Source: the human T2T-CHM13v2.0 reference genome, Homo sapiens. From it: a DNA stretch of 64,000 nucleotides. The notes beneath the pieces were generated by a model. It did no database searches, was not told the origin of the DNA, and saw only the letters and a list, made by a program, of their open reading frames with translations. Below are positions 41,546-64,000 of this stretch, piece after piece (the first letter of the stretch is position 1; each line of letters starts with the position of its first letter). A program made the position numbers and the translations under genes. Location: NCBI RefSeq assembly GCF_009914755.1, contig NC_060930.1; one strand, given 5' to 3'.

Positions 41546-41899
41546 GGTATGGTTTCCTGTGTCCCTACCTAAATATCATCTTGAGTCATAATAAACAGCA
41601 CATGGGAAGGGCAGGGCGAAGTGGAGATAATTGAATCATAGGGGTGGTTTCTCCCATACTGTTCTCATGGTAGCACATAAGTCTCAAAAGATCTGATGGT
41701 TTTATAAATGGGAGTTTCCCTGCACAAGTTCTCTTTTGCGTTCCGCTGTGTAAGACGTGCCTTTGCTTCTCCTTTGGCTTTCACCATGATTGTGGGGCCT
41801 TCCCAGCCATGTTGAATGGTGAGTCCATTAAACCTCTTTCCTTCATAAATTACCCAGTTGGGTATGTCTTTGTTTGCAGCACGCGAATGAACTAATACA
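41546..41899 (+). mobile_element. THE1 solo LTR
   Basis: TGGTATGGTTTCCTGTGTCCC start; GAGTCCATTAAACCTCTTT and GAACTAATACA end. Confidence 0.88.
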
Positions 41900-42930
41900 C
41901 TCTCTTCAAGAAAAATGTCCACAATGGAAGGATATGAATTTCTAGGTTGAAAGGACTTATAAGAAATCAAATACATGAAACTCAGAGCAGTTGAGACAAA
42001 GCAGCCCTAAAAGCTTCCAGGAGAAAATACAGTTTACGTAAAAGGGTCAGAATTTAGAATGACATAGGCCTTCTAGAAGCTGGAAAGCAATGGAGTGATG
42101 CCATCAAAACCCTGAATAAATTTCCACAAACCAACTATTATGTGAGTGTGAAGGTGCAATAAAGACATTTTCAAACATGCAAGATCTTGTAAAACTTACC
42201 TTCCATGCTCCACTTCTTCAGTGAAGATACTGGGAAATATGCTCCATCATAACTAGGAAGTAAACTTTTTTTCTCATTCATGTGTTCAGTGGAGGTCAGG
42301 TATGATTACGGAGGCTCTGATGGGCTCCCCAAATCCCATTAGGAGTCCTTACCAGGTAAGACAAGTCCTAGGAATTTGGCCTTGGGGCAATTCTGCAAAT
42401 AGGGCCAGCAATAGTGATGATGATGGGCTCAATTGGCTCCAACTCTTTCTAATGCATATCTTTAACTTCCTGCCACTTCTTTTTATATTTATTGACTCTA
42501 AGCTTGAATTGCCTCTTAGACGCAGCTGGAAAGAATCCTCCCATATCCACTGTAGCCTTCATCTCTCCATGTCATCTGTTGAGGCTGTGTCATTTCTAGC
42601 TTCTCTGTTAGACTTCTTTCTGCATTCCAGAAGTGACTTAGATTTTCTAGACAGCTGTTGATATGCTTTATTGGGTTGCAGGGCTATTATATATATTTCC
42701 TTTGATGACCTTCTGTGTAATTTCCAGGAGATTTCTGGGGATTGGATGGGCAATAAATATATGTCCTTCATCTACCATTTTAAACAGAAACTCATAGACA
42801 GCAGATTTTGCCCTTCCCCCGTATTTACACATACTGCGTTGCTGATTAACTAAGGCTCTCAAACTTCTATTATCTCTTCTCCAAACTCTTCTCTTTCTCC
42901 CTGTGCATTTACATTTTTAAAACAAACAGT

Positions 42931-43216
42931 GACTGGGCATGGTGGCTCATACCTGTAATCCCAGCATTTTCAGAGGCTGAGGCAGGAGGATCACTTGAGC
43001 CTAGGAGTTGTCTAGCCTGGGCAACATAGTAAGACCCCATCTTTACAAATAAAATACAAAAAATTAGCCCGGTGTGGTGGTGCACACCTGTAGTGCCAGC
43101 TACCTTGGAGGGGCTGAGGTGGGAGAATCCCTTGAACCTAGGAGGTTGAGGCTTCAGTGAGCTGTGATCACACCACTGGACTCCACCCTGGGTGACAGAG
43201 TGAGGCCCTGTCTCAG

Positions 43217-43263
<47 letters not shown>

Positions 43264-43266
43264 ATA
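42931..43266 (+). mobile_element. AluJ-like element with (TAAA)n tail
   Basis: Dimeric Alu followed by about 12 TAAA units. Confidence 0.92.
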
Positions 43267-43301
43267 CAGGACTTTACATATGTATCTATTATGTTTTCTT
43301 T

Positions 43302-45810
<2,509 letters not shown>

Positions 45811-46409
45811 TGAGGAAGAGGAAAATCTGTTGCTTCAGGCATCTGAAAAGTCCAGGGGATATGAGTATCAGGTATAGTTTGGTCTAGGCACTCAAATAAT
45901 AACATTAAACTCACTTCCCATCCCTCTTCTTCTCTTTCAGCATTTCAGCTCTTCTTTTCTCCTGATTGCCTTCATTCTCAGGGAAAGATTATCCACATGG
46001 CAGCTTCTGGCACTAATGCCTGTCTGAGACCATCCTGTTACTCCCAGTAAAGCTAGGAGTGGCTATTCTCAGAACACTGGTGTACTCCTGGAATAATTGC
46101 CTTTCTGGAAATCACATTGTAGCTTATTCAGAAGCACTTTTAATAGAGATATTTGGAATGACCCTGGGCGGAAGTTTATCAGAACCTGGAGCATAGCAGC
46201 AATACCTGGAGATTCTATCGAAAACAGCAAGGCCAGCACAGTGGGTAAGAATGGACTGTGGACAGGAACAGAGGAGGAAGCTCAGTCAAATGAATTGCTG
46301 GGGGAAGGAAAATTATATGCTTTGAGCACTTTTTTTTGATGGGCATTTCATACACAGAGGCAGTTAAAAGTATGTGCTCTGCAATCATAGCCCTGCTGGG
46401 GATATATTA

Positions 46410-46608
46410 GGCGGTTGATCTTGAGTGCTTCTTAAACTTTAAAGTACTGGGAATCAAGGGAGGATCTTGTTAAAAGGCAGATTCTGTTTCAGTAGGCCAG
46501 GGGTGGCGCTTGAGACTCTGCGTCTCTAACCAGCTCCACGGGGGATGCAGATACTCCCGGGATGCAGATGCAGATGCTGCAGTGCGTAGAACATGCTTTG
46601 AGTACCAA
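46410..46608. mobile_element. MER5A-like hAT MITE
   Basis: CTTGTTAAAAGGCAGATTCTG..TCAGTAGG..GGGGTGG..TGAGACTCTGC..TCTAACCAGCTCC. Confidence 0.7.
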
Positions 46609-46712
46609 GGACTTAGCTTTTCTGGGCTTTAGTTGCCTTACATGTAAAATGTGGGTATCAGTGCCTTCATCATAAGAGCATAGAGAGAATTAAATAAGAA
46701 TGTAAAGAACTT

Positions 46713-47014
<302 letters not shown>

Positions 47015-47970
47015 AAGAATGTAAAGAACTTTTAAGAGCTCTTGACACGGTGTAAGCACTCAAAAAATGCTGACTATTCTTTCTGAAGAATGGAAACAGT
47101 GAAGGTGCCATCATGAAGACTGAGGGTACAAATGCCAGGTGCTCTGTGTGGGGCCTGATGCATAAAGAGCTCTGGGTGAGGACTTCCTATGTACCCAGCA
47201 CTTGATACTCTTTCTCATTCAATCCCTCCTAACTCTCTGAGACAGATACTATCATCCTTTACTTTTGATAAATGTGGAAACCAAAACTTAGGTTTAAAAA
47301 AACTGTCCAAGACCACAAGTTTACCAAGCAGCAGAGCTGGGGTTTAAACCTAGGTCTTGTGGCAGCAAAACTTGTGAATGTAGTTATTAACCGGCCCTCC
47401 AATAATAATTGTTACTGTTATTATCTTATTAAGTCCTCATGACAAAAGTGGATTTTTATGCCCATTTTACAGGAGAGGAAACTGAGTTGTAGGGACTATA
47501 GTAACTTGTCTAAAGTCGCTTGCACAATCTTCATCCCTTTCTCATATACAAGGTTGACAGGGAGGTGGTGACATCTTTTGAGGTGGCCTGAGGGTGGCAC
47601 ATGGGCCAGAATTTGGGTTCTACCCTCCCTGTTATAGACCCGTGTTTTTCATGAAGGCTCCTGACAACAGCTGAACAGGCATCCATTGTCCTCCTCACTC
47701 CACAGGGATGGTTGAGAGAAGCCCTCCTTTCTCCACTGAGGAACTTTGTGCCAAGTCACCTGCACGTCTACCCTACCTACCCCTGACCTGAACTCAGCAG
47801 GACAGCACAAAGAAAGCATGAAGAACTTTGCTGCACTGCTTTTGGAAAATATGCTAACCCCTAGCATAACCAATCCATCTTAAGAATGAAACAGCAGCGA
47901 TTGATGGAAAAGAGTTGTACAATTCCGGGGCGCTCAAAGTGATGGAAGAAGCTATTGAGGATGATGTAAG

Positions 47971-48385
47971 TGTCAGGTTAGTTTTTCTAGGACTTAGACT
48001 CTGAGAGGGAGATGTACATGCAGGAGGTTTACTAGGGAGACTTTAGAGTCCTTACCTGTTGGGGATAAAGGCAGAGTTGAACTGAAATACCGGGCCTCAG
48101 CCTATCCCACAGGGATAGCTCTGGAGCTGGAGTGGCCCAAGGGAAGGCCTTCCTTGACTAGTCACTGGATGCAGGCTGTCCCTGAGGAGGGTGAGACCTT
48201 GGGTGGGGAGCATCTCTCCAGCTGAGTGCAATGCCTGGCCACTCAGCAGCGAGTCATGACCCACCAACCTTCCTAACATCTGGGGGCATGAGTGTTTCCA
48301 CTCTGAAGTGGGGAGCTGGGACTCTGAAGTGGGGAGCTGGGACTCTGAAGTGGGGAACTGGGACTACAGCATCCACAACAGCACA
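47971..48385. mobile_element. Old ERVL LTR (LTR16-like)
   Basis: TGTCAGGTTAG..., CATGCAGGAGGTTTACTAGGGAG, GGGATAGCTCTGGAGCTGG motifs. Confidence 0.5.
48300..48365. repeat. 21-bp minisatellite, 3 copies
   Basis: ACTCTGAAGTGGGGA(G/A)CTGGG x3. Confidence 0.95.
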
Positions 48386-50019
48386 TCAGATGGATTATCA
48401 AGGTGTTGAACTTGGCAGCTTTGTACGGAAACTATAAATCTTGTTTTAAGAATAAAATACCCTACTGGCAAATCCAAAGATTGTTTGGGGAACAGTAATG
48501 ATTTTCCTAATGATAGCAACTAGTCAAGGAGGCCCCATAGTCCTGTCCAACCCTAAAAGTTTTCTAACTCAATTATTGGTTGAGAATGGAAAATAACACA
48601 AAAGCACCAAGGAGGTATTGTGGATGAATTTTTTAGCACAAAGTGTTTCATCCATTTCTGCCTATTTTGGATTTCCTATTTCCAACCTGTACCAAATGTG
48701 CTTGCGTACACATACACACGACTAACCTTAAATATGGCTTCCTTTTAGAGACATAAAAAGCTCATGAATCAACTCCAAAAACATTTGCCCAGACTTTCTT
48801 TGAAAGGTGCAGATGAATGAGCTTGACAGAAAACTTTTTGCTTGAAATTTTCCCTTTCTCAGATTGCATAAATTTAAGGGGAAAGGCTGCCAAATGTTCA
48901 ATGACGCTCAGCGTGGTGGCTTCTGGCAGGGACACTCTGTACCAGCAGCTAAATGAATGTTTCCCTGAATCACTGACTGACTTATCATCCTTTATCACCT
49001 GCTCTGTTCCCCTTTTTCTGCATTGAGGCTTTCTAAATGACGTGGGGAGGGGAAGTAAAAAAAAACTTTAGAACCACAAGACACTGCATATTGATGTTGG
49101 ATATTGAGAATTCTTCTGGTGTTAATAGATAGGATTGCAGTGAGGAGCACGAGGCTATCAAAAGCTATCTTCAAGCCTAATGTGGGCAAGACCCGTCAAG
49201 CCCCAGTGCTACAGAGGATCTGGACATTTTGGGCTGTAGCTTTGTATTAGGAAACTTCTTGTTTGTGTTAGGATTTACCAATGAATTGGGTCATATAATT
49301 CCCTTTTTGAAACCCTTAAAATGAACTCAAACCCCCTAGCCTGGCCTATTAATAATAGGTTCTACTGAGCCTGCCTTCCTCCGCCACCTGCCTTCCAACC
49401 TCATCCTAAACTGTGCTCACCCTCACTCCCTGTGCCTCAGCCATACCAACAAAATCCTTCAGGCTCCTCCAACACGACAAGACAAGGCCTTTCCAGAGTC
49501 ACAGCCTTCAGCCCTGCTGCCTGGAATGCTTTTCTCGCAGCATTTCCATGGCCAGTGCCTCCAGGTCGGCTTAAATGTTACCTCTTTAGAGAGGCCTTCC
49601 CTGACTATGATCCTCCACTTTTATTCTCTATTCTCATAGAGTACTTTTGGTTTTCTTCACTGTACTTACCTATGAGAATTTGTGGCCATTATTTGCTTGT
49701 TTATTTCTTATCTCTTTTCCATGCTAGACTCCACTCCCTGAAATGGCAGGGACAAAAGCTACCTTGTTCACCACTGAAAACCCAGTGTCAGGCACACAGT
49801 TTGTTACTTGAATGAACAGTGTTTCACCCAGAGCCTAAGTCCTGTGCTCTCTCATTTAAAAAGGAACACTTATTTATAGATTTTTAAATGAAGGCTTTGA
49901 AAATATGGAAATATCTCACAGACATGAGATGGGAGACGTACGTTTTTAGTATGAGGACATTCTAAACCCCCATCACAACTAATGGCTCCTTCTTCTCTGT
50001 CCTCAGGGAGAACAGCTTT

Positions 50020-51490
50020 TGTTTTAGTTGAGGTATAACTTACTGTAGTATATGGCACACATTTTAACTGAATTTTACATGGGTATACATCCATATGGAG
50101 ATCAGGATCGAGATGTAGAATATTGATGGCACATTGGAAGGCTTCCACATGAGAGGGTTCCTCTCAGGCAGTACCATTCAAAAGGTAGCCACTGTACTGT
50201 GACAGGTCCCCCAACAGGTTACCGAAGGGTATAAGTCTGTTGCCTGAACTCTGAGGGCCGGACAGTGAGCCAAGACCCTGGTGCCGAGCTGAGGAGCAGG
50301 TGTCCCTGAGAAGCCAAACCTCCCAGAGAGTTTCTGAGGAACTACCAAGAAAAACAGTCTCATTGTTCAAACACGTAGGCAAAGAGCCAGGAAATTAGCT
50401 TAAAAGCAGTTTATGGATGGGAGGTGGGGCAGATCTCCAGAGCTATCCTGCCGCCATCCCAGAGTGCCCCGTATGTAAGTCCTAATAAACTCATCTACTC
50501 CTCATGCTGGACTTAGGTCTGAGTCCTTCTTTGGACTCTTAGCACTTTTTTTAGTTTGGGGGTGGTGTTGGGGGACCTTACAGTCCTAAGTGTTTTCATA
50601 ATAGCCACTATTATTTCTATTTATATAGGCCAGTTTTGACTTTCTTAGCTTGCTAAAAGGAGTCATATACTATGTATTTTTTTCATGTCTAGTTTTTCTT
50701 TTTTGCTCAAAATATGATTTTGCGATCTATTCATGTTCATATATGTACCACTAGTTTATGTGTCTTATTGCTTTGTGACATTCCTTTGTGTGAGGATAGC
50801 ACAGTTTATTCTATAGTTGAAGGACATTTGGGCTGTATCCAGTTAATGGCTATGATGAACAACTTTGCTAGGGACATTATTGTACAAGTATTTTGATAGA
50901 TGTGTGCACTTGTATCTGCTAGGTGCATGCCCTGGAGTGAATTGCTCCCAGAGGCATGTTAGCTTTAGCAGATATTACCAAACAGTGCTGTGAAGTGAGC
51001 ACCAGTTGACACTCCACCAGTGGTGCATGACAGTTCCCCTTCCTTCATATCCTTACCAGAACTTTTTATTTCTCCAGACTTAATTTTAGTCATTCTGATA
51101 GATCTGTGTAGTAGCTCTGAGATTATCATTTGCTTTTGTCAGATAAGCAATAAAATTGAGCATCTTTTGAATGCTAATGGGTCATCTGGGTATTTTGTGT
51201 ATGTCTGTGTGTATGTGAATTGCCTGTATGAAGTGCCTTTGAAATTTTTTGATGATCAAAGAAATGGATTGTCTGTTTTCCTTATTTGTAGGGTTTTCTT
51301 TTTACATTTTGGATATAATTTATTTTACAACTACATGTGTCTCAAATATCCTTTTCCAGTCTGATGCTGTCCCTTTTCATTCTCCTAATACCCATCTGAT
51401 GAACAGAAGCTCTTCATTTTAATGGCATTTAATGTATTAATCATTTAGATTATGATAGTGCTTTTCTCCTGAATAATAATTTTTTTGCTA
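50020..51490 (-). mobile_element. Ancient L1M 3' region split by an LTR
   Basis: GTTGAGGTATAACTTAC, GAAGGACATTTGGGCTGTATCCAG, GATGAACAGAAG..TTTTAATG antisense L1M motifs. Confidence 0.7.
50198..50602 (+). mobile_element. ERV solo LTR (LTR47-like)
   Basis: TG start, GAGGAGCAGGTGTCCCTGAGAA core, AATAAA poly(A) signal near 50484; interrupts the L1M sequence. Confidence 0.6.
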
Positions 51491-51854
51491 ACTCAGGTCT
51501 CTTATAGTGCTTTTAACAAGAGAATAGAGTGGGAAGACATTAAAAGAGGTTTTTAGTACACTTGAAATGGCTTTTAGGACCAAGATGTTGAAACATGGCA
51601 ATAAAACAGGGAGCTCTCCCAGTTCCTCTTATCAGAGGCCAACCCTGCCCTCCAGGCCCTGCTCAAATTCCCCTTCCCCCAAGAGAGGGCTGCCAACCAG
51701 CTTCCCCCACTTTCAGGAAGAGCCTAGGTATATGGGTTAACCCCATACGTTGGGGACTTCTTAGAAAAACTCTAGGTTGAAATGCAGTCCCCCACAATTA
51801 CCCCTCAAGAATATTCAACTCAGGTCGACAACACAGAAATTAAACCACATGGAC

Positions 51855-54264
51855 AAAGAGTCATTCACCAGATATATTTGAAGTCTAAGCTCTTTGAGCT
51901 ATACACGTGCACAAATGATTCAGTTGGTGGAAATCTTCCCCTTCCCCTTCATTGTTAAAGTTTTCAAACTTAAAATAGTGCTAAAGAGATTTGCATAATG
52001 TGCGTCATGGAAATGCTGAGGCGATTCTGACTTTCACAGTGCTAGGAGGTTCCCTTGCAACACTTCAAGGAGTCTTTCCATTTCTTATCGTTCTCCTAGG
52101 AAAAGCCCCTCTTTTCCCCCCTCCCCAAACCCAACCTAGTGAAAGAATTACTTGATCTGAGACAGGTTAACATTGACACAGAGCAATAAGTTTTACTAAG
52201 ACTAACTCCAGAGGCCATACACTTCATTGTGTTTCTTTTATGACTACACAGAATGGTCATTTCAACTTTTACTAAGTTGTTAAAAATGTCAGATGTGTCT
52301 TTTAAAAAACATTTAAAAATCATTTTCAAATACTTTCTCTCATCTAGATTTCTTTAGAACCTGCATTCTGGAAATTCAGGGTAGCTTAAAAAATCAAGTC
52401 AAATGACCCACAGATGATTGAGAAGAGTCAGCTTTGAAAGGCTGGATGCTGCAGTGCTCTGCATCTGAATAGCGGAGCCTACTATTTCTTCCACTAGAGG
52501 ACACCATTTCTCCACTACTAAGTCTGTAGTCGTTTATCATCAATGAAAAACCAAAAACCTCCACAGCAAAGGAAAGTCAAAGCATATGCTTATTGTACAC
52601 TCCTCAGATTTTATTTTTAAAAGGAGTTTTCATTTTCCTTATGGAAACTCAGGATTTTACAAGCAATGCTCTCCTCAGTTTCACCAGTACTGTGTCCAGT
52701 ACTATATTGCTATATTCACAGTAAAACGGACTTTAATTTCTGAGTGATCAGTCTATGTTTTAAGTTTCTGATGAAACTAACATACACCTTAGTCAAAAAC
52801 CACAACAATCCCTCAATCTGTTTGCTGTGTTATTGTTCTTGTGTGTTTTTCTGAGGCTTGGGTAATGAAAGTACTTCCCCACTCCATTGTAATCTGCGTT
52901 TGCATCTAAAGTAATTCATTAATGTACAGGAGTAGATGAGGCCTGGCACACATAGCAGAAGGTAATGGTTCTATAGGTGTATCTTCTGTAATGCACTTTG
53001 GGCTAGAGAAATAGAAAAATCACACGTAACAAAAACAAATAACTTTTTTGAGCACACGGGTGTCGCGTGAGTAGGACCGGCATACATGTAGCTATCATCC
53101 TTCCCCATTTTAACATGCTCAGCTGCTGCTGCATTCTGGGGATTTAGCTTCATCCCAATAATCTACAACTGACACTTGCATCTTTATTTAAAAACAAGTG
53201 GTCTTGATAGCAAAGATGTTGGCTAATCATGTATATATTGGCATTAGATGTTTTGTGTCCTTTCAAAATTCAGCATTATCCTTATTAGAGTGTAATATTA
53301 TCAGAGTATCTGTATTAGTATATGAAGGCATTCATAAGCAATGCACATTATGTTTTGAAGCAGCTAATTGTCGAACAATCACTAAATAAAAAACATCCAG
53401 ATTTTTTAAAAGCACAGCTGAAACATTTGTACAAATATACAAAGAGAGAAAACAATCATTCAGACACCATGAAACTTTTGTAATAAATAGGTTTGTCTGA
53501 AATCAGTCTCTATCACCCTGGACAAGCCTCCCCAACGAGGCTGGGAGAGTTCTACAGGGGAGTGGTGTTTGAAATCTATTGAGGAATATCTTTGGGGCCA
53601 AGGTCAATTTTGCCTCCAGGAATTTCAACAGAGCTATGGTGTATTGACTCACAATAGTGAATATACCCAGACTTGTTGAGCTGGAATATTCTGATCATTT
53701 TCCTAATCTAGATAGGACATGGCTGGATGCTGACAATCTGTGAGTTATAAGATATCCTCAAATAATGAAAATAAATGCTGGTGATCATGCATGTCCTGGG
53801 AATGTTGGGATGCAGAGGACTGAGTGAGACCAGATAGGGATATCTCATGCAGTCAAAGTCAAGTTTACATATGGTCCTATTTAAGTGGCCAGGAGAGAAC
53901 AACGCACACACATCAGGACTGGGACTGAAACAGCTCACAAACAACACAGGTGCTATTTGTTACTGATGTCTCTGGCTTGGATCAACATGAGAGAACAAAG
54001 ATATAGGCTGTGCTGATTGTTTAATAAGAAAATACTACTTTTTTCCCTAGAACCTTCTAAATAATGGGTTATACTTAATGGGTATGATATGATCAGGAGA
54101 CATATCACCTTTTCCTAGCCCTTTTGTCCGAGAGGCTTGATAACAAGGAAGGAATCTCAAACAACCAAACACCCAGGAATTTAAAGGCAATTTTTTTTGA
54201 CAAACAACAGGGGGAAAAAGCATGATAAAGAGGAGACGGCTATTATCGAGAAGGAGCAGGCAGC
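51855..54264 (-). other. RCAN2: RCAN2 3' UTR (~2.4 kb; 3' end approximate)
   Basis: Repeat-free stretch after the stop codon; minus-strand AATAAA at 53183-53188 and 52610-52615, and variant AATATA at 51873-51878 followed by a GU-rich element. Confidence 0.7.
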
Positions 54265-54495
<231 letters not shown>

Positions 54496-55916
54496 TTAGG
54501 AAATGACAGGAGCATTTTCCAGGGTCTCAGGAAGCCTGTGATCTTATGCAGGGATGGCACAGGGTGTTGGCAAGTGGAAAGAGATCAATTTCCTCCTATC
54601 CTGGCTCTGCCACTTATCAACTGTGCAACCCCAAACAAGCCACTCAATACCTCTTAGCCTCCACATCCTTTACCGTAAATTTCAACATGGTAATACTTCC
54701 ACTCTGTAGGATGGTGGCGAGGACTGGATGGACTTGGCAGTTAGTCGTATTAGTTTCTCTTCTATTTTCCAACTTTGCTGCTAGTTTTTGAGCAACCTTG
54801 GGCCAATCACTTCACTTCTTTATCTTTTGAATATGGTAGTTTCTGAGTTCCCCTCCAGCTCTACACTTCTTACAGCCAGAGCTGCTCCAGGATGGAATAA
54901 GGTGGGGTTATCACATGCCCAGGATTCAGTGGTTACTGGGTAACTGGGTTAGATGACCATCAAGGCCCTTTCTAGTTCCAAGTGTCTACATTCTTGACTG
55001 GCTCATATTACAGTCAAATGGCTGTTAGCTGACTGGCTTTCTGTCTTTCTGTTGCTTCATTAGATGTTTCTTGAGCATCTCTCGTGGTCTATTGCTGTTC
55101 ATAAAGGCTACAAGGTAGAATAAAAAGTATTTGTGCCTTTCACAAGTGCACAGTCCAGTGGAGACATGTGGAGACAGAACATATCACAATATAAAATGGT
55201 GAGCACTATGGTGGCAATGTATGTTAAGGACTATGGCATCAAATGGTAAGTAACTCTGAAAGGCTTCCTAGTGGACTGGCAGCTGATCTGGGTCTAAAAG
55301 ACAAGCGGAAGGACTCCAGGTGGTGGGGTAAGAGGAGGGGGTATTCTCAACCTGCATGCTTGTAACTTTTCAACTTCATTGTTGACATACTAATCTTAAT
55401 CCTCTCCGGACATCCCATCCTTCACTTCCCATCTTTCATGGATCAAAAGATAAATCTTCCAAAAACAATAACTCCCAGATATCCTCCTGGTTAGTGGCTC
55501 TCTAGATCTCACAAGATCAAGTATAAATTTTGTAGTCTAGCACAGAAGACCCTGCGTAATCTCTCACCAATCTTTTCCATCACTACCTGCATCAGTTCCT
55601 TCTTTGTTTTGGTCAAACTGGTTTATCTGTTGGCCCCTAATCATGACAGCTACATTCTTAGGGCCACCAAAATAGCTACTTTTACTTCGCATAGCCTCAC
55701 TTCCCCTCCAGAGTTCCCTAAATCCTGACCTTCTTCCAGGATCAAAGCTAGACCCGATGCAGCCCAGGAATCTGCTATTCTCAGTCTAAGTGCCTCCACT
55801 GGATGGCTGGAGCAAGTATTGTCAGTTCCAGTGACAGGGCACTAATTATGTGCTACTGTGCACATCTTGGTAAGCCTTAATGGTGCAAATAGCAAACTTT
55901 CACAAGGTACAGTTTT

Positions 55917-62023
<6,107 letters not shown>

Positions 62024-62144
62024 CAAGGTACAGTTTTAAATTCTGGGTGCTGACGTTAGGGAATGAGGAACACTGATAATGCAATAAATATCGAAGCCCT
62101 TCTAAGTGATGCTGGGAAGGATGTAGACATTCAGAGTCAGCCAT

Positions 62145-62966
<822 letters not shown>

Positions 62967-63620
62967 TAAAGGCTTTCCTGGGTGAGGGCAGCAAATATTT
63001 CACAGAAATAGAGTGTTACAACTCCAGCATTTCCCTGGATATTGATAGTACAGAGAAATAGAACCAGCCACAGCCATTGAAGTATGGCTGATATGACTCT
63101 GTATTTAAAGTCTAGAAGTGGTGAAATCATAGGCAGGGAGAACTGCATCAACAAGCATTGAATCTCTGATACAAGCAAGCTGATGTGGCCCAGTCTGATA
63201 CAGAAGAAGACAGTGACAGGAGCAGGGATACAGGGGAGACCCAGGAAGGAGATGACTGCCTGATCACTTTGCTATCCTGCCCTGCGGAGCAAGAATTGAT
63301 AGTTGGCACTAACCCAGCACGCTGTAATCCATGGGGAAGTTGCAAACTACGCATATGCGGTATAGTGCTGTATGTATCGATGCTAAGTAAGGTTCACTTA
63401 ATTGTGTGGGTTCTGTTCTCTCTAAAATATTTTGGCATTTTAATCCATGTCCCCGGGTAAACAGATAATCTGCAGACATTGCTAAGGAGAGAAATCTACA
63501 ACAAACCAGCTTTATCTGAGGGTTGTATCAAAGGCTCTGGGTCAGAGTGGGCAGCTCTGGTTGGGGGTGTCTCTAAGCAGTGGTTCTTAAACACTGACAA
63601 TTAACTGGGAGTGCTCATTA

Positions 63621-63935
<315 letters not shown>

Positions 63936-64000
63936 AGAGTTTACCAGTATAGGGAAGCAAACCTGCAAATTCCGATTTAGTAGAATCTACATGTGTACCC

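Larger units (their letters stand above)
39775..42265 (+). mobile_element. Ancient L1M/HAL1-like 5' and ORF1 region, interrupted by MER20, AluJ and THE1
   Basis: A-rich ORF1-like tracts and motifs AGAAGCTGGAAAGCAATGGAGTGATGCC, AATAAAGACATTTTCAAACATGCAAG. Boundaries approximate. Confidence 0.5.

Noticed and set aside
42300-42850. Minus-strand ORFs with PEISWK resembling a CR1/L2 endonuclease motif
   Set aside because: Motif spacing does not fit; more likely an ancient L1 5' region, and cannot be supported.
63185-63460. Acidic 91-aa ORF MAQSDTEEDSD...
   Set aside because: GTG start, antisense within the RCAN2 intron, purine-rich compositional bias only.

Overview
Human (primate) genomic DNA; the landmarks match the ENPP5-RCAN2 interval of chr6p12.3. 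The left end holds the ENPP5 CpG-island promoter and two non-coding 5' exons (minus strand; its CDS lies outside the window). About 50 kb of repeat-rich intergenic DNA follows, containing a gamma-actin processed pseudogene (ACTG1P9-like), a complete THE1 MaLR provirus nested in older LTRs, ERVL relics, many Alus and a rearranged young L1. The right end holds the RCAN2 last exon and 3' UTR (minus strand) and part of its last intron, with a full-length sense-oriented L1PA. I found no evidence for a previously undescribed gene system; nearly all ORFs in the track are repeat-derived or chance. The most unusual sequence-supported items are mechanistic scars: (1) an L1PA2-like insertion combining a 5' inversion, a ~1.37-kb deletion and a 45-bp 3' transduction inside one 15-bp TSD; (2) an Alu with a twin-priming-type 5' inversion; (3) a ~190-bp local copy inserted into a MIR, with a 42-bp perfectly identical tract; (4) an actin retrocopy with a new upstream ATG opening a 206-aa ORF and an abnormal 3' end. 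Gene identities and repeat subfamilies come from recalled sequences, not database searches.
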